Below, in pieces: positions 15,990 through 31,513 of a stretch of 64,000 nt of DNA. A program made the position numbers and the translations under genes. Position 1 is the stretch's first letter, and each line of letters begins with the position of its first letter. Source of the DNA: Eledone cirrhosa. Lineage: Eukaryota. Location: the NCBI GenBank assembly GCA_964016885.1, contig OZ024741.1, positions 139,066,001 through 139,130,000 on the forward strand. The letters are read 5' to 3'. The notes beneath the pieces are model-generated. The model saw nothing but the letters and a program-made list of their open reading frames with translations, searched no databases and had not been told where the DNA came from.

Positions 15990-17434
15990 AATGTGGCTTC
16001 CGACGCAGACATCACGTCCGGCTTCAAGTCTTTCACAGCTAGCAGCAGCGGATGTGCTAATGGTCTCCGACCAGGCCACCTCAGGGAGTTACTGTCCACC
16101 CCTCTGCGGTGAGGCCGGGTGCCGCCTTCTCAGTGCAATTGTGGAACTCACCATTAGGCTTATCTATGGCGCCCTGGACCCTCACGTCCGACGCCTCTTT
16201 TTTCGGCTAGCCTCACCGCTCTCAGGAAGAAAGAGGGAGGCATATGCCCCATCACTGTGGACAATGTCTTCCGGAGACTGGCTGCCAAGGTGGTCTGCAG
16301 GTCCATAACACCCGAACTGGGCGAGGAGTTGGGTCTGGGTCTCGGCCTGTTCGGTGGCTGTGAGGGGGCCGCACAAGCATCCATGCAGTTCTTTAACAGC
16401 TGCCCACCTGAATCGGCATCCAGGGACTCCAGGCACCTCATTATCAAACGTGACATGAGGAATGCCTTTAACTGCTTACACCGGGACCATCTGCTCGATG
16501 CCTGCCTCAGCAGAGCACCATCTGCCTACTCGCTGGCCTACCTGCCGTATTGAGCCCCGAGCAGGCTCCTTGCTGCTGATACGGTCATAACTTCGGCGAC
16601 TGGGGTCCATCAGGTCAACCCGTTGTGATTCCTCCTGTTTGCCCATGGTATAGTTCCCATCGCCAGGAGTATAACGGCCCCACTCAACGTTTGGTATCTG
16701 GATGATACTACGTTGGGCGGGCCGAGTTCAGACTGGCTGCCATGACCTACAATCGGTGGTTCCTGTCCTGGCGGTAATCGGCCTCCAGGTCAACTAGGCC
16801 AAGTCGGAGGTGGTGAATGTCAGTCACGATGCTGAGAGCTTTGCAGCCTCCGTCACGGACGTGCGGTCCATTCTCCACCAGGTACAGGTGACCCCCAAAG
16901 AGGATGTCCTCCTCTTCGGGTCACCGATCCATCCGCCGGCCACCCGCGTCACCATCAGTTCCAGGCTTCAACAATACCAGACTCACGAGCCAACTGAGCC
17001 TGATCGACGACCACCCCACTCTCTTTCTATTGAGGCACTGCTTCACCAAGCCGAAGCTCCACTATACCCTTCGCAGCGCTCCGTGCTCACCCACGCATCT
17101 CTCCTCGCTGACCTCGATTTTTGTATCCGAGCAGCAGTTTGCGACTAACCCAGATTCTGCTGCACGTCCGGCTGAGGAGGCCAAACTCTTCAAATACCGG
17201 TCGCTCTCCGACATGTTTGCGTTTGTTCCCTTGGCACTGGAGAGTTCTGGTGTTCTCCTCCCTTGCGCTACCTCGCTACTCACCACCATAGGAGCTGAGC
17301 TGGCCAACCACAGGTGTGAGACCCGCGAGTTGGAGTGGCTTTTCCAGCGCGTCTCCCTTGCCGTCATCCGAGGAAATGCCTTATCCATTCTGTCCGCCGG
17401 AGAGACATGCCGATCATATTACGAATTCTGTTGA
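15990..17434 (+). pseudogene. CRE-like (restriction-like endonuclease) non-LTR retrotransposon fragment, internally deleted
   Basis: NGLRPGHLRELL; FRRLAAKV..GGCEGAAQA..KRDMRNAFNCL; VWYLDD; PKLHYTLRSAPC; C-terminal FVPLALESSG..WLFQRVSLAVIRGNALSI. GC-rich. The zinc knuckle and PD..D region are missing (deletion near 17145). Confidence 0.8.
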
Positions 17435-17992
17435 ATAATCTTAAATGAGATAAGTTAGTGTTTATAGTGTGTAAGTGAATCGCTACCAATCAACCGACTG
17501 AATCTACGTACACTTATATAAATACATAAACGTACAAATAAATATATTATATAACTACATAATACATATCGGCAGTTGAAAAAGCATATAATGCTCAAAC
17601 CGGTATTATTAAATTCGGAAATATCCACTTTATAAATATATATTTAGATATTATACTGAAAGAATCTCATCAGCATTTTCTACTGAAAAAATCTGTTTCC
17701 TCTCTAGTATTTGTTTATATATATATATATCAATTCGTGTGTTACTTTCCTACGTTACACACACGCACACGCACCCGCACACACACACACGCGCGCATAC
17801 ACACACACATACACTCACACACACTTACACACACACTCATATATATATATATTTATTAAAATAACAGATTAAAGTTTAAGCAAATAATCGTTGCTTTCAC
17901 CCTTAACGGGTGCTCTATGGTTCTTATATATTTGATATATATTTATCCTTATCGAGCCCTCTTTGGATTTTAGTCTTCAAATTTATTATTAT

Positions 17993-18043
<51 letters not shown>

Positions 18044-18389
18044 TATAGATAATGAATCAAAACATCAAACATGTTTTAAACTTTGTGTTCCTCAATAAGT
18101 ATGCTCAATAAACTTTATGTAGAACCATAATAAGCAAAGGAAAAATAAGTATGTATGTGTATGCGTATGCATGCGTGTGTATGCATATATATATATATGT
18201 TTGTGTGTGTGTTGTCTAAAGGGTCTGGCTATTTTTCAGATATTACCATCATTTAACAGGGCATGTTAATGCACCCACTTAATGTAAACGCTTTGTTTGC
18301 TCAGAATAAATTAACCTTGAAATTTGGAGTGCCTGCATTTCTATCATTCTGTATCACTATGTATTTTTCTCTAAATATAGATTTTGAAC

Positions 18390-18603
18390 ATCAGCCAATG
18401 ACCCCCACCCATCCCAATCACCACCTTCCCCTACCACCAGAAAATGTATAAATAGCACCATATCACATTGATAGTCGGCTTTCCTGGTTATTTCCTTCGA
18501 ATGAAACAGTTCTAGTCCTGTAGAAGCCATTTCTATATTAACAAATTATATTCTGCTGTTTTGATTACCTTACTTAATGTGGTTACCCCTTATTGAACCC
18601 AGG
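18390..18603 (+). mobile_element. Diverged solo pLTR of the Naiad-like family with a decayed hammerhead (18477-18528)
   Basis: Aligns by eye to 40370-40580 (CCAATGACC.CACCCATCCCA...GAAACAGTTCTAGTCCTGTAGAA...GTGGTTACC). The core is mutated to CTGGTTA and stem I is GGCT(T)TC/GAAGCC. Confidence 0.75.
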
Positions 18604-18613
18604 ATACACACAC

Positions 18614-18722
<109 letters not shown>

Positions 18723-18944
18723 TATGTCTGTGTGTGGACGTGTGTGTTTGTGTTTTTCATAGATATACATATAAATGCAAAGATATATACACATATGTAC
18801 TTGTAAATTTGAAAAGGATTACTTATGTTATATCATGAATTCAAAAATGCACTTAAGTAAAAGATGCCTCTTAATTTATTTGTTGCAATTTTTAAGATTT
18901 CGAAAGACAAATTATGTAGCGAAATAATTTGATACATAGATAAA

Positions 18945-19522
18945 TAATTGTTTCTGCTTTTGGCATAAGGCCAGCAATTACCCAGTGCATTACTGGTACT
19001 TTATTTTATCGACCCCGTAAGGATGAAAGGCAAAGTTAAATTCAGCGGGATATGAACTCAGAATGGCAAGGACCGTAACTCTATGAATCAAAGCATGGCG
19101 TCCGACCTTCTATTGATACTGCCAATCCAGATAAATAATGCTTTCTGATTTAGGGGCGACGAAAGTAGATTAAATCGACACCGATGCATTAGAGGTTCTT
19201 TATTTTATCGACCACGTATTGATGACAAGCAAAGTTAAACTCAGACAGTAAGGATTCGTCGTTCTCACCTGTAAGACAATGTCTGACGCTCTACCGATAC
19301 TGCCAATCCACCGCCTTAATGCATAGATAAATAATTGTTTTTACTTTTGGCACAAGGCCAGCAATTATCCCGGTGCATTACTGGTACTTATTTTATCGAC
19401 CCCGTAAGGATGAAAGGCAAAGTCAACCTCAGCGGGATTTGAAGCCATACAGTAAAGGGGCATAATCTATGCTGCAAAGCATGGCGTCCGACCTTCTACC
19501 GATACTGACAATCCACCGCCCA
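18945..19522 (-). mobile_element. Three tandem copies of a second tRNA-derived SINE (type 2)
   Basis: Repeated ACTGGTACTTTATTTTATCGACCCCGTAAGGATGAAAGGCAAAG...GAACTCAGA...GATACTGCCAATCCACCGCC. Confidence 0.8.
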
Positions 19523-19614
19523 AATAATAACATATTATTCATTTCATTTTTATTTTCTTGACTTCAAGTTATCTATATAAATACATACAGGCAGAAACAC
19601 ACACTCATGTACAT

Positions 19615-19645
<31 letters not shown>

Positions 19646-19663
19646 GACATACGTATATATGTA

Positions 19664-19743
<80 letters not shown>

Positions 19744-19757
19744 ACATATATATATAC

Positions 19758-19790
<33 letters not shown>

Positions 19791-20189
19791 CACATATATT
19801 TTTCTACCCTGTCGCCACCACCACCACCATGATCGACAGAAACATTCAATTTATTTCAATAGAAAGTCTGTATTTTGACACCTTACCGCATCAGCCATAC
19901 TCACTGAACCAGAACGATTTCTTCCCTTCCCATTTCTTGACCATTATAGTTTATTTGGCACAAAAACATTCTATGACAAATCATGTGACTGTGAAAATGG
20001 CAATAAAGAACCTCCAAACACGTGATAGCCATCAGCCAACCAACGAAATTACATTTATTAAAAAAAAAATTTGATCCCTATTTTTAAGTGAAAGTGTCAA
20101 TAAAGAACCCTCAAACACGAACTGGCGCGAAAGTTGATGTACTTATTCACGTGTCAGTAATCAGCCAACCATATTATTATAAAAAATTG

Positions 20190-20377
20190 TTGGATTGGCA
20201 GTATCGGTAGAGGGTCGGACGCCATGCATTGACGTATAGAGTTACGGCCCTTGCCATTCTGAGTTCAAATCCCGCCAAGGTTATCTTTGCCTTTCATCCT
20301 TACGGGATCGATAAAATAAAGTACCAGTAATACACTGGTTGATTTGCTGGCCTTGTGCCAAAAGTAGAAACAATTAT
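20190..20377 (+). mobile_element. Type 2 SINE
   Basis: TGGCAGTATCGG (A box), GAGTTCAAATCC (B box) and TTTGCCTTTCATCCTTACGGG.TCGATAAAATAAAGTACCAG. Other copies lie at 23243-23424 (+), 52830-53000 (+), 62135-62402 (-), 11010-11165 (-) and 12365-12500 (-). Confidence 0.8.
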
Positions 20378-20547
20378 TATAAAAAAACAACAATTTGATC
20401 CGCATATACAATAAGAAGCTTATAACGCGAACTGGCGCGAAATTTATTATACTTATTCAGGTGACAGCCATCAACCAACCAAATTATTCTACTTTTGAAA
20501 AGCATAAGATTGTTAAAAAGACTCCAAATATATTTTCGATTTCTTTT

Positions 20548-21954
<1,407 letters not shown>

Positions 21955-22440
21955 TCCTCAGTTAACTTCGGGAAATCCCTACAGTTTCGGTTTTAAGGTT
22001 GATACCTTTTATTCCATTCGACATTGGGTCATAATAAAAGAGGCAGAGATAGGTTATGCCACTAAGCAAATTATACAAACACAGAGTGCGCAACGGCTTA
22101 GCCAAAGGAGAACAATATACAAAGAACAGAAATAGTAAAACAAGAGAGTAAAGACTATTGTCCATTGTGCAGACTGAGAAGAACACTGAGGCATAGAAAG
22201 GATATAAACGGAGAAGAGGGGAAAACATGCCAGGTGGTGTGTTGTCTGTTATATGGTAGTTTAAAAAAAGCCTGCATGGCTAAATCTTAAGAATATAAAT
22301 CCAACATTGGACCGTATCTCTAGAAAATATGAGGCGTCAAAATAGTGACATTTCTTCACGCACCTGAATAAAAAGTTTGTCCTTGAAACCATGGGTAGCG
22401 CCTTTGTTCCGTGTATGAACATACATAAATAAACATTACA

Positions 22441-22501
<61 letters not shown>

Positions 22502-25500
22502 TAATAATAAACGGGAAGACTAAAATCCAAAGACGGCTCGATAAGGATAAATATATATCAAATATATAAGAACGATAGAGCAAATATTTATTAAAATAAC
22601 AGATTAAAGTTTAAGCAAAGAATCGCTGCTTTCACACTTAAAGGGATCTATATAATAAGATAAATATTTATGTATATATTGAATGTCAGTCAAATGTAAT
22701 AGTCACCTTCTGTTTACAGAAATAACGTAGAATCTCATCGAACGCCGATATTGGGCCTTATCAATTAGGAGCAGTCTAGATCTAAATGATAAAAATAACA
22801 GTATATATATGTACTTTAAATTACTCATGACATCTTCTCAATCTTGAAACATTCTGATATATTTTGTTAAAGAATTGAGTACTAATGGTCTTATCAATCT
22901 CAATCAGGAACATCTTATCGACTGACCAATCAATAGAATCGTAGAAAAACTGATACAAAATGAAAAAAATGGTATATCAGATAACGGTTTATGAATGTCT
23001 TTGAAAGTCAGTGAAATGTAATTATCGCAGCAGTTGAAGAGCAACAACGTCGAGTCTCACCCAAACGTTGTTGAAGCGAATACAATAATGTTTAAATTAT
23101 GATTAATCATTTAAAGTATTTCTAGTAACAGCATTACTCTATATTTCTGTAAACAATTTCTTAGATTCTGTAACGACCAGTACCAGCCGAAAGCCGTTGC
23201 TGATCTAATAAACGTGTAGCACTTTATATATATGAAACCATTATTGGCAGTATCGCTAGAGGGTCGGACGCCATGCTTTCCAGCATAGTTACGTCCCTTT
23301 ACGGTCTGAGTTCAAATTTCGTCGAGGTTAACTTTTCCTTTCATCCTTACGGGGTCGATAAAATAAAGTACCAGTAATGTACTGGATAATTGCTGGCCTT
23401 GTGCCAAACGTAGAAACAATTATTATATTTACTCTTGCTTTACATTAATATATGATGTTATAAAACTCTTTATATTTAGATTCATAATGCGTTGTGTAAA
23501 CATATCTCAAATGTTAAATGTAGTGATCTAAAACATTTCTCGTAAATATTTATCTGTTGCTCAGATATTAGGGAATAACACGTCTCGTTTCATTACCAGT
23601 TCAATTCTCTTTACAACTACATAGTTTAGTTCATTATTCTTGGGTGGGAACCTAAGTTTTTCTCTAATACTACTTATATTTATATTCATAATGTATTACG
23701 TGGTAAATATCTGGAAAATTAAATGGAGTGTTTAACACCATTTTAGTACATCCATTTTCATCTAACCTCGTTGAGTATCATGAAACATGGCAATTACAGT
23801 TCAGTTTCATCAATAGTAAATCATTTTCATTCGACTGGGGTTGAAAACTAAATAAGTCAAATATTGTTTATATTGAGATCCATGTAGGAAAAACATCTTA
23901 CAAATTAAACCCTGTGTTAAATACCCTGTATTTTAATCTAGTTTTTTGATACAACACATTTCTCCGCATAGTAAATAGCTGTTAACGTTTTTCTTGCGTA
24001 GAATTTAAGTACCCAGTAGATTTGATCTCCTCAACCATTCATCATATGTTTCAATCCTATTGTTATAGTCCTTAAACCACATAACAGGGCGCAAATAGTC
24101 GTTTTCGTTTTCTTTATTCCAATTTCTTCATTTTACTAATGTTGTGATCGTATTCTATGTTATATGTATTAAGTAATGGGTTCAGTGTATAATATTGCTA
24201 TTTACCTCATATAGGGTATATCTGTAAATACTTACGTTTTTCTTATGTATTTGTATGCATCTTTTATATATCATTCACTAATTTCAGATCATGATATTAA
24301 CATTCAAATGGCTAGAGTTGTCATTCATTATCACGTTGAATTTCTCTGAGACTTATGTATGAGCATAGGTGATTCACGAATGCACAGCCACGTGCACGTT
24401 GGTTTAATGAGCGGGCGGTGCTACTGTTGAAACAGCTATATTCACCCAGTCGGTTAAAAAAATGCTGGTATATTTTGACATAAAACTTTGAGCTAAAATG
24501 GATGATTGGCACACTTGAAAATTCGGTACATTATTGTTTAATTTTCTATTAATGCATATGGCGGTTCTTACTCTAACGATAGATATAGTTTACTAAATGT
24601 TCTCTGATAGTTATAACGGAATGTAGAACCTTTAATGAGATCTATCGTTTGAACAGTTAACGTAATTATAACCGTTATCAGCAATAGCTTACAGCGCTGC
24701 TTGTTAAGTCGACATCTCAAAGGAGAAAACTGAAGTACAATGAAAATAAATACTTAATCAACCTCCACATCAAATTGCAGTGAAATCCTTCTTGACGCGT
24801 TTACACTTGACATATGACGTTAATGCCCTCTGGGAAATAGCAAAATGTCACAATTTCCCAATCCAGTTCCCTAATTAAAAAAAAAACCATTTCCTTCCTG
24901 TCTCTCGTCTTTTATTACGTTATTTTTCTCTTTAAGATTAAAGTTCAGTTTTTTCTACACGTTCATTCATTTAAATTGGATTGGATCAATATATCTAGGT
25001 TATATGCCACTGTAGCGAGCCGGACAGATAAACCTGTTTAATGATAAGTATGCATTGCACCCACGTCTGTAACGACGATGTGTGTTCCATTTTGTGGAAC
25101 AATGGACCAGCCGGTTTGTGATAATAGCGTGTGAATGTCACAGAATTCCATAGATAGCTGTTTTTTCAAGGTTTATCACAATAAGCTTCAGCGCAACAAA
25201 GTGAGTCATAAGGCTACCAATTTGAATGATAGGTGTACCTCTTCTTTTCTACCAGTTTGTTGAATTTCCAATGGCTCCGAGTGTGAGTATCCTTCCGTTT
25301 TCTTTAGTTTTTGCCAGCTGAGTATACTGGAGCATCGTAAAATAAAGTATCTTGCATTAGATCACAACACGTTGAATTCACAATAGTACGATCGTGACCC
25401 GAACACTCTACTATCACAATGATAAATGTAATAGAAAGTTTACACATTTTCGCTGTGAGATTTGAATACTACTTAATTTTGTATTTGCAATATTCACTTC

Positions 25501-26930
25501 ATATAAGGTTATAGGATCGAATCGACAGACATGCTAGGTGACGATTTCTTAGAAGAACGCTAAATGAGATTGATTACAAAAATAACAAACCAATGAAATA
25601 AAAGCCAGGGGATAAAAAGTAATATAAACTAAATTTAGTTCATTGCAATATTATTTTTACTTTACCTTTATCTTTTGTATTTCTATGCTTAATTTTTTTA
25701 CACAATTATCAATCAATATTTTCAAAAAAAGCTTCAGTGTTGCACAAGGCTATTTTTTATTGGAGCCATCTTATATATTATTTGTGTTATTTGTTTTCTG
25801 TAATTTGATCTTTCTTTCCTCCCCCTTATCCCTTTTTGTTTTTCTTTCAACATCTGACTGTGTGACTATAGTTATAAAGCGGTTCATGATAAAATGATAA
25901 AATTCTAACTATTTGACATTAAATGCTGTTTTCTATCGGAGTTAATTCTGCAGAAATGTCCGTGTTTGTTCAACTGGTCTTCGTACTTGTAACAATCGTT
26001 ATCTTTTAGGAGTTATTTCACTGGAAAGACAAAAAAAGTTTATTTAATAGCAACAATGAAAAATTGCGGAAATGTGATGTTTCTCGGCAAAACATCTCAT
26101 AAGAAGAAAATAGATAAATTAGAACAAAACTATCCTCAACAAATAAAGTATAAAGAAAATCTGGTGTCAATATTGTTAAAAAGATAACTGTTTGACTGAC
26201 AATTGTTATCTCTGAATCAGGATTGTATTACTGTTTATTGCTTATTCACAATAGATATATATCATAGATATCGTGCACAGACGTTCATTTCCTAATATAT
26301 TTTCTACTATCTATCTCTAAAGTTTACCATTTATCTCTTCCTCTCTCTGTTCTCTATCTATCACTTATTTATCTATGTCTCTTTACATACTTCTCTCACT
26401 TCTCCCTCGTTTCTATTTCATTCTTCCCCTCTCTCCCACTTCCTCTATATATCACCCCTCCTTCTTTATTATGATTGTAAAGATCTGTCATTGCTGCAAA
26501 ATACCAATTGTTTTCGAATGATGTTCCTTAAACGAAAATGAAATATACAACAATCGATCTCAAAAACACTAAAGTTTCTTGACGGTATATTTGTTGTGGA
26601 AGGAAATGATTTTGATTTGGTTGTCTTTAGCGATAGGCTCCGTCTCGCGTCCTTCGCGAATCTATAATTGTCCTCATGACATAAACAATTTATCACACGC
26701 CTATTTAGATTTCCTAGCGCATACGGACCGCAGTGTTGCACCGATACATATGTATCGTTGAGATGCAATTTGGGCAATATTGGGCTGCGCTTTCTAGCAA
26801 CCAGCCCACTCGCCGTTAGCCACCAATCACATTCTTTCTGACTTGAACACTGCCACGTCACAGTTCTTAACCGTTTTGAATTCATTTCTGGCGGGGATCA
26901 TTTAAGAAATATCTTTGTCCAAGTGAGTTT

Positions 26931-27011
26931 GTTTCCTGATGAGTTCGAAGCTCGAGAATTTATCCTTGATAGGATATTTCCGAAAGCGCACGAAACCCTA
27001 ACGATAGAAAC
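26931..27011 (+). ncRNA. Decayed hammerhead with extended stem II
   Basis: GTTTC-CTGATGA-GTTCG...TATCCT TGAT AGGATA...CGCAC-GAAAC-CCTAACG-ATA-GAAAC. Stem I is perfect and stem III imperfect. The downstream 27016-27306 recurs at 61717-62003. Confidence 0.5.
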
Positions 27012-27304
27012 GTATTCCTAGTATGTGTATATGCATTTTTTCTTCTAACTTTAATTTTATGCCTAATTGTGTATGGTTGAAGGTATATTTAATCGATTTC
27101 CACGTGCTATTGAAATGTTGGGTAAATATTCTATAGCGGTTGATCGCGAATAGATTGCTGTCGTTTATTTATCTACTATTTCTTCAATCTATTTATTTTA
27201 CTCTTATAGCTTGGCTTAATTGGTTTTTGTGTGGTTGATTATGCTAATTGGGAAAGGAAATGGTGTATCTATATTATCAAATGATTCTATGGACATACTT
27301 CATA

Positions 27305-27358
<54 letters not shown>

Positions 27359-28764
27359 TTCTCATTTCTGCCATTAGTTTCCACTGTCTTAGAGAAAGAC
27401 GAATAAAAATATTTTTCGTTATTTCAGCTCTTTTCTTTCCCTTTCTGTTCTGCAATAATATGTTTGTGAGAACCTGCTAGTTTTAGCTGTGAAATCCACC
27501 TCAAATCCCACCCGAAAGACTCAGAAATATGATATGTTCATACTTACATAATCTCTAGAAATTAAATGAAATTATAAGAGATGGAACTATTTACCATTTA
27601 TGGTAATGTGATCTAGACGGACATGGAACTTAGTAGCAACAATAATATATTAACATCTAGATCCATGAAAGGAAATGAGTTTATCGTAAGGCCAGGCGAA
27701 GAAAACTACTTCAATTGGTCTTTACATATCTGATGTGATGTCTCAGTCACTTCTGCAAGGAGTTCACGGAATCTGAACTCAAAACGTATATAGACGGAAC
27801 GGATGAGCTGCCACCACGAATCCTGTTCCACGATTCTTCAACAATTCTGCCAATCCACCGCTTCTGAACTGATACATTATCGGTCGACCTCAAATGAAGA
27901 ACAGTAAACTTGCTCTGTAGGCGGTAGTGAATTCAAATTCCAAAGAACCGGAGCATATACAGTCACCGTGACAGCCCACTCAATTCGTCACACTGAAATA
28001 ACTTCGGCTGACAGATAAATTGAATGTATTCGTTATAGTAAGAAAACAGTTTCACGTGGTTCAGAGTACTACAAGATAGTACCAGTATAATTCTGTAGTG
28101 TCGTGCCTGATTTATTGGTTAGAATATATAGCTTAAATCTAGCAGTTAGACGTGCGTTTCACAGAGACTCAGGTCATATTCAGCCCCTTGCCTCTAAGGT
28201 TCCTACAATTCCACTTAGTTTCAATTGCACTCTAGTAATTATTCATGCGAGCACCTATTTGACATAATCAAGGACTAACTTTGAAGCAGCAAGCCTGTAC
28301 ATACGTTAAGTTGTGATAATCCATGTAGTTGGGTTTCATTTGATATATACATGAGATATACTATTCCTTCTCATTCCAATTCCTCCAATGGCAAACATTC
28401 TTCCACAATTACTGCGGTCACTAAATCTCCTCTCCTGGGAATTAAAATGCCTTTTATATGAGCCAAGGGTCACTATTTTGAGAAACCGACTTCTTCAGAA
28501 TATATATAATTATAGGGGAGGAGGAATTTAGGCCGGATCAGTTCACGCAACAGTTCAGAAATTTGCAATGTGTAACAGAAAATTGTCGGGAAACAATCAA
28601 AGTACAGTTCCAAGAATCGATACATCGCTATAGGAATCGGGGTATCGTTATAAGAATTAATGATTCATATCCTGTCTAATGTTTAGTCTAATATATCATA
28701 ATTGTTCTTTTCACCTTAGTAACCTATCGTGGCAATATCGATTTGATTGATTTGCAGAATTTCA

Positions 28765-29345
28765 TCTTCTTCGCCCACTTGTTCCTGAGAGTGTCGTAGG
28801 GGCAGAGTCCGCAAACACTCTTTCCATCGCATCCTCTAAGAAGCAACTATTTCCGAAATATCAGGCTAGATCCCCAGGCTAGACCAGTGAAATTTTTGGA
28901 TTTTATCCAACCATCATGCACGGGGGTCTACCCTTAGATTTCCTGCCGGTTGGTTTTGCCTGTAACATGTGTCCAGTGATTTTTGGCTCAACCATTCTAA
29001 CCACATGCCCATTATATTGGAGTTGTGATTTCTCAATTCGGAGAAGTAGCGGCTCTACCTGGAGTGACTCTCTGATCTCCTAGCTACACACTCTATCGAG
29101 TAACGTTACTCAAAAGAACCCCATTTTGACAGCTTGTATTCGTGATCGTATTCTTTCGGCCATTATCCAAGATTCCTCACCATATGTAGGAGCTGGCACA
29201 AATACCGAATTGAAGATAGCAAGTTTGGCTTATACACCTACCTCCGTTTTTCTGATTACCGAATGATGAAGGTTGCGCATTACTGCACTAGCTTCTGCAA
29301 TTCTTGCTCTTAATTCGGCCCCCTGCTTTCCATCACCCGTGAAAC
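28765..29345 (-). mobile_element. RTE-clade LINE 3' fragment
   Basis: Minus-strand translation: KLAIFNSVFVPAPTYGEESWIMAERIRSRIQAVKMG...IRESLQVEPLLLRIEKSQLQYNGHVVRM...GRKSKGRP. Confidence 0.8.
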
Positions 29346-30557
29346 ATTTATCGTAATATCTTCTAGACGGATCTGGAACGAAATAACAACAATAGTAATT
29401 TACAAAAGTACTTGAATTTCACCACCTGTTTCTGTGGAACTCCATTCACAGGTAGATGCACTGAACAGGTTTCCTTCCGGAAATGGCGCCATAAATCGTC
29501 TAGGACTAATGTTTTAATCTGACTATACTGCATCACCTTCTTAATATTGATTCCATAAAGTATGGGTCATGAAGAACAAATGTAAAGAAAATTATCAATA
29601 TAAGATCGAACTCGTGTCACCAAATCATCTCCTTTACCTTTGTTGACTTCCCTTGTTCAGGAGGACAGTCACACTACAACTACTATTAAATAGAGGATTC
29701 TTGCATATGTTTCTCAAAGCAGTGGACGCTTCTCTTCCCATGAATAATGTGGCCTCTGCACATTACGTTCTTATTTACAATTAATCATTAAACATCTGAG
29801 TTGATTTTGCAGAATATATCTAAAAACTTTTATAAATTCAAATGTCAATAATTACTGGCGGGAAGATCTTTGAAAAAAATTGCAATAAACAAAATAGACG
29901 CATTTATAAATGTTATGGGGTTATTTTGATGTCCTGCTAATATAGCTTCATATGGTACAGGACGTTGAGTTAAAGTGCATATAACACAAATAACGGTTCG
30001 GGATTACCTAGAAATGTTAAGACACTTTTTAATAAATTTGCATCCTGACATGCGAGGTACGTAATTTTACCGACAACGGAAAGATGAAATGCAAAGTTGA
30101 TATCTGTAGGTTTTGAACCCTGAATCTAAATGTGTATAGCAACACTACATTGTTTGGACGATGCTAAGCCATCACTTTCGTCTCCTTTTTCACTATACTG
30201 CAAATCAACTACAGACGAAACACTGAGTATACACTCAATGTATACGATTGGGAAAGCAGGCTTAATGTCGGACTCGCTCTCCCTTTCCATACTCATAACA
30301 CACGCATGTATACGCGCGCAACCACCCACTCATACATCCTTATGTATATAAGAAGAGGATCCATTTATATTCATTAACAGAACAATGGTCAATAATGCAG
30401 AGACCTACCTTTTAGAAGTAGCAATTATTTCTTATATTCTTACTTCGAAAAGGGAAATTACATTTTGGAGGAATGAATCGCTTAAAAGCAGTGATCAGTT
30501 TGCTGTACACAACCAAACATTAGAATTAACTAGATTACGACCCAAATTAAGTGCTGC

Positions 30558-30800
30558 ACCTGGATTGAATAATTAATGATATTAGTTTGCTGGAAACACC
30601 CGGATTGAACAATTACTGATGTAGCTATGATATTATTTTATTTGTAGCATCTGGATTGAACAGCTAATGATATAGGTATGATAATAGTTTACTGGAGGAA
30701 CCTTGATTGAAAAATTAATGTTATGGCAAAGGAATTACCTTATTGGAGACTCTTGTATTGGACGATTAATTATATGGGAATGATATTAGGCTATTGGAGA
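30558..30800 (+). repeat. Degenerate minisatellite, unit about 50 bp, about 5 copies
   Basis: Recurring CTGGATTGAA.AATTAATGAT...TGATA.TAGTTT.CTGGA. Confidence 0.65.
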
Positions 30801-31482
30801 CATACCTGCACAGATGGCTGATTTCTTGCGATCTTGATTGGGAACAAAGTAGATCAGACATTTTCGGTTTCTTTCAATATCGTAGTGTTGCATTTCTAGT
30901 AGAATAACTAACAGCCACTCAGATATATTGCATATATATATATAATAGTAATAATGATAAATGTGAAGACTAAAATCCGAAGACGGCCCGATAAGGATAA
31001 TATATATATATAAAGTATATAAAAAGCGTAGAGCAAATATTTATTAAAATAACAAATTAAAGTTTAAGCAAACAATCGCTGCTTTCACTCTTAACGGGAT
31101 CTTCCGAAGATCCCGTTATGGATGAAAGCAGCGATTCTTTGCTTAAACTTCAATATGTTATTTTAATAAATAAATATATATATATAACACAGATTAAAAT
31201 TTTGAAAACCAAACAATGCCTTAGAAAGAACATTAAATCGCCAAGATTATAAGAGAATGTTACATTAGCAAATTTAATGATCCCAAATATTTTCGGGTAT
31301 AAAACCCATTATCAAATGAAGTAACCATATGAGAGACTTAAAAAATCGATCAGATTGACTAGCTTGTTTGGAGCAGATATAAATTAAATCAGTTCCGATC
31401 TAGCTGTCGAAACAGCCGGAGGTCAGCCGTCGGGTTCCTTGTTCTTTTTCTATGTATGTATGTATGTATGTATGTATGTATG

Positions 31483-31512
<30 letters not shown>

Positions 31513-31513
<1 letters not shown>

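Noticed and set aside
25950-26010. Signal-peptide-like exon (CAG AA ATG TCC GTG TTT...; MSVFVQLVFVLVTIVIF*)
   Set aside because: In-frame stop after 17 codons and no supporting neighbouring exons.
30558-30800. CRISPR-like array (also the recurring motif at 58285-58485)
   Set aside because: Degenerate tandem units without unique spacers, in a eukaryotic context with no cas genes.
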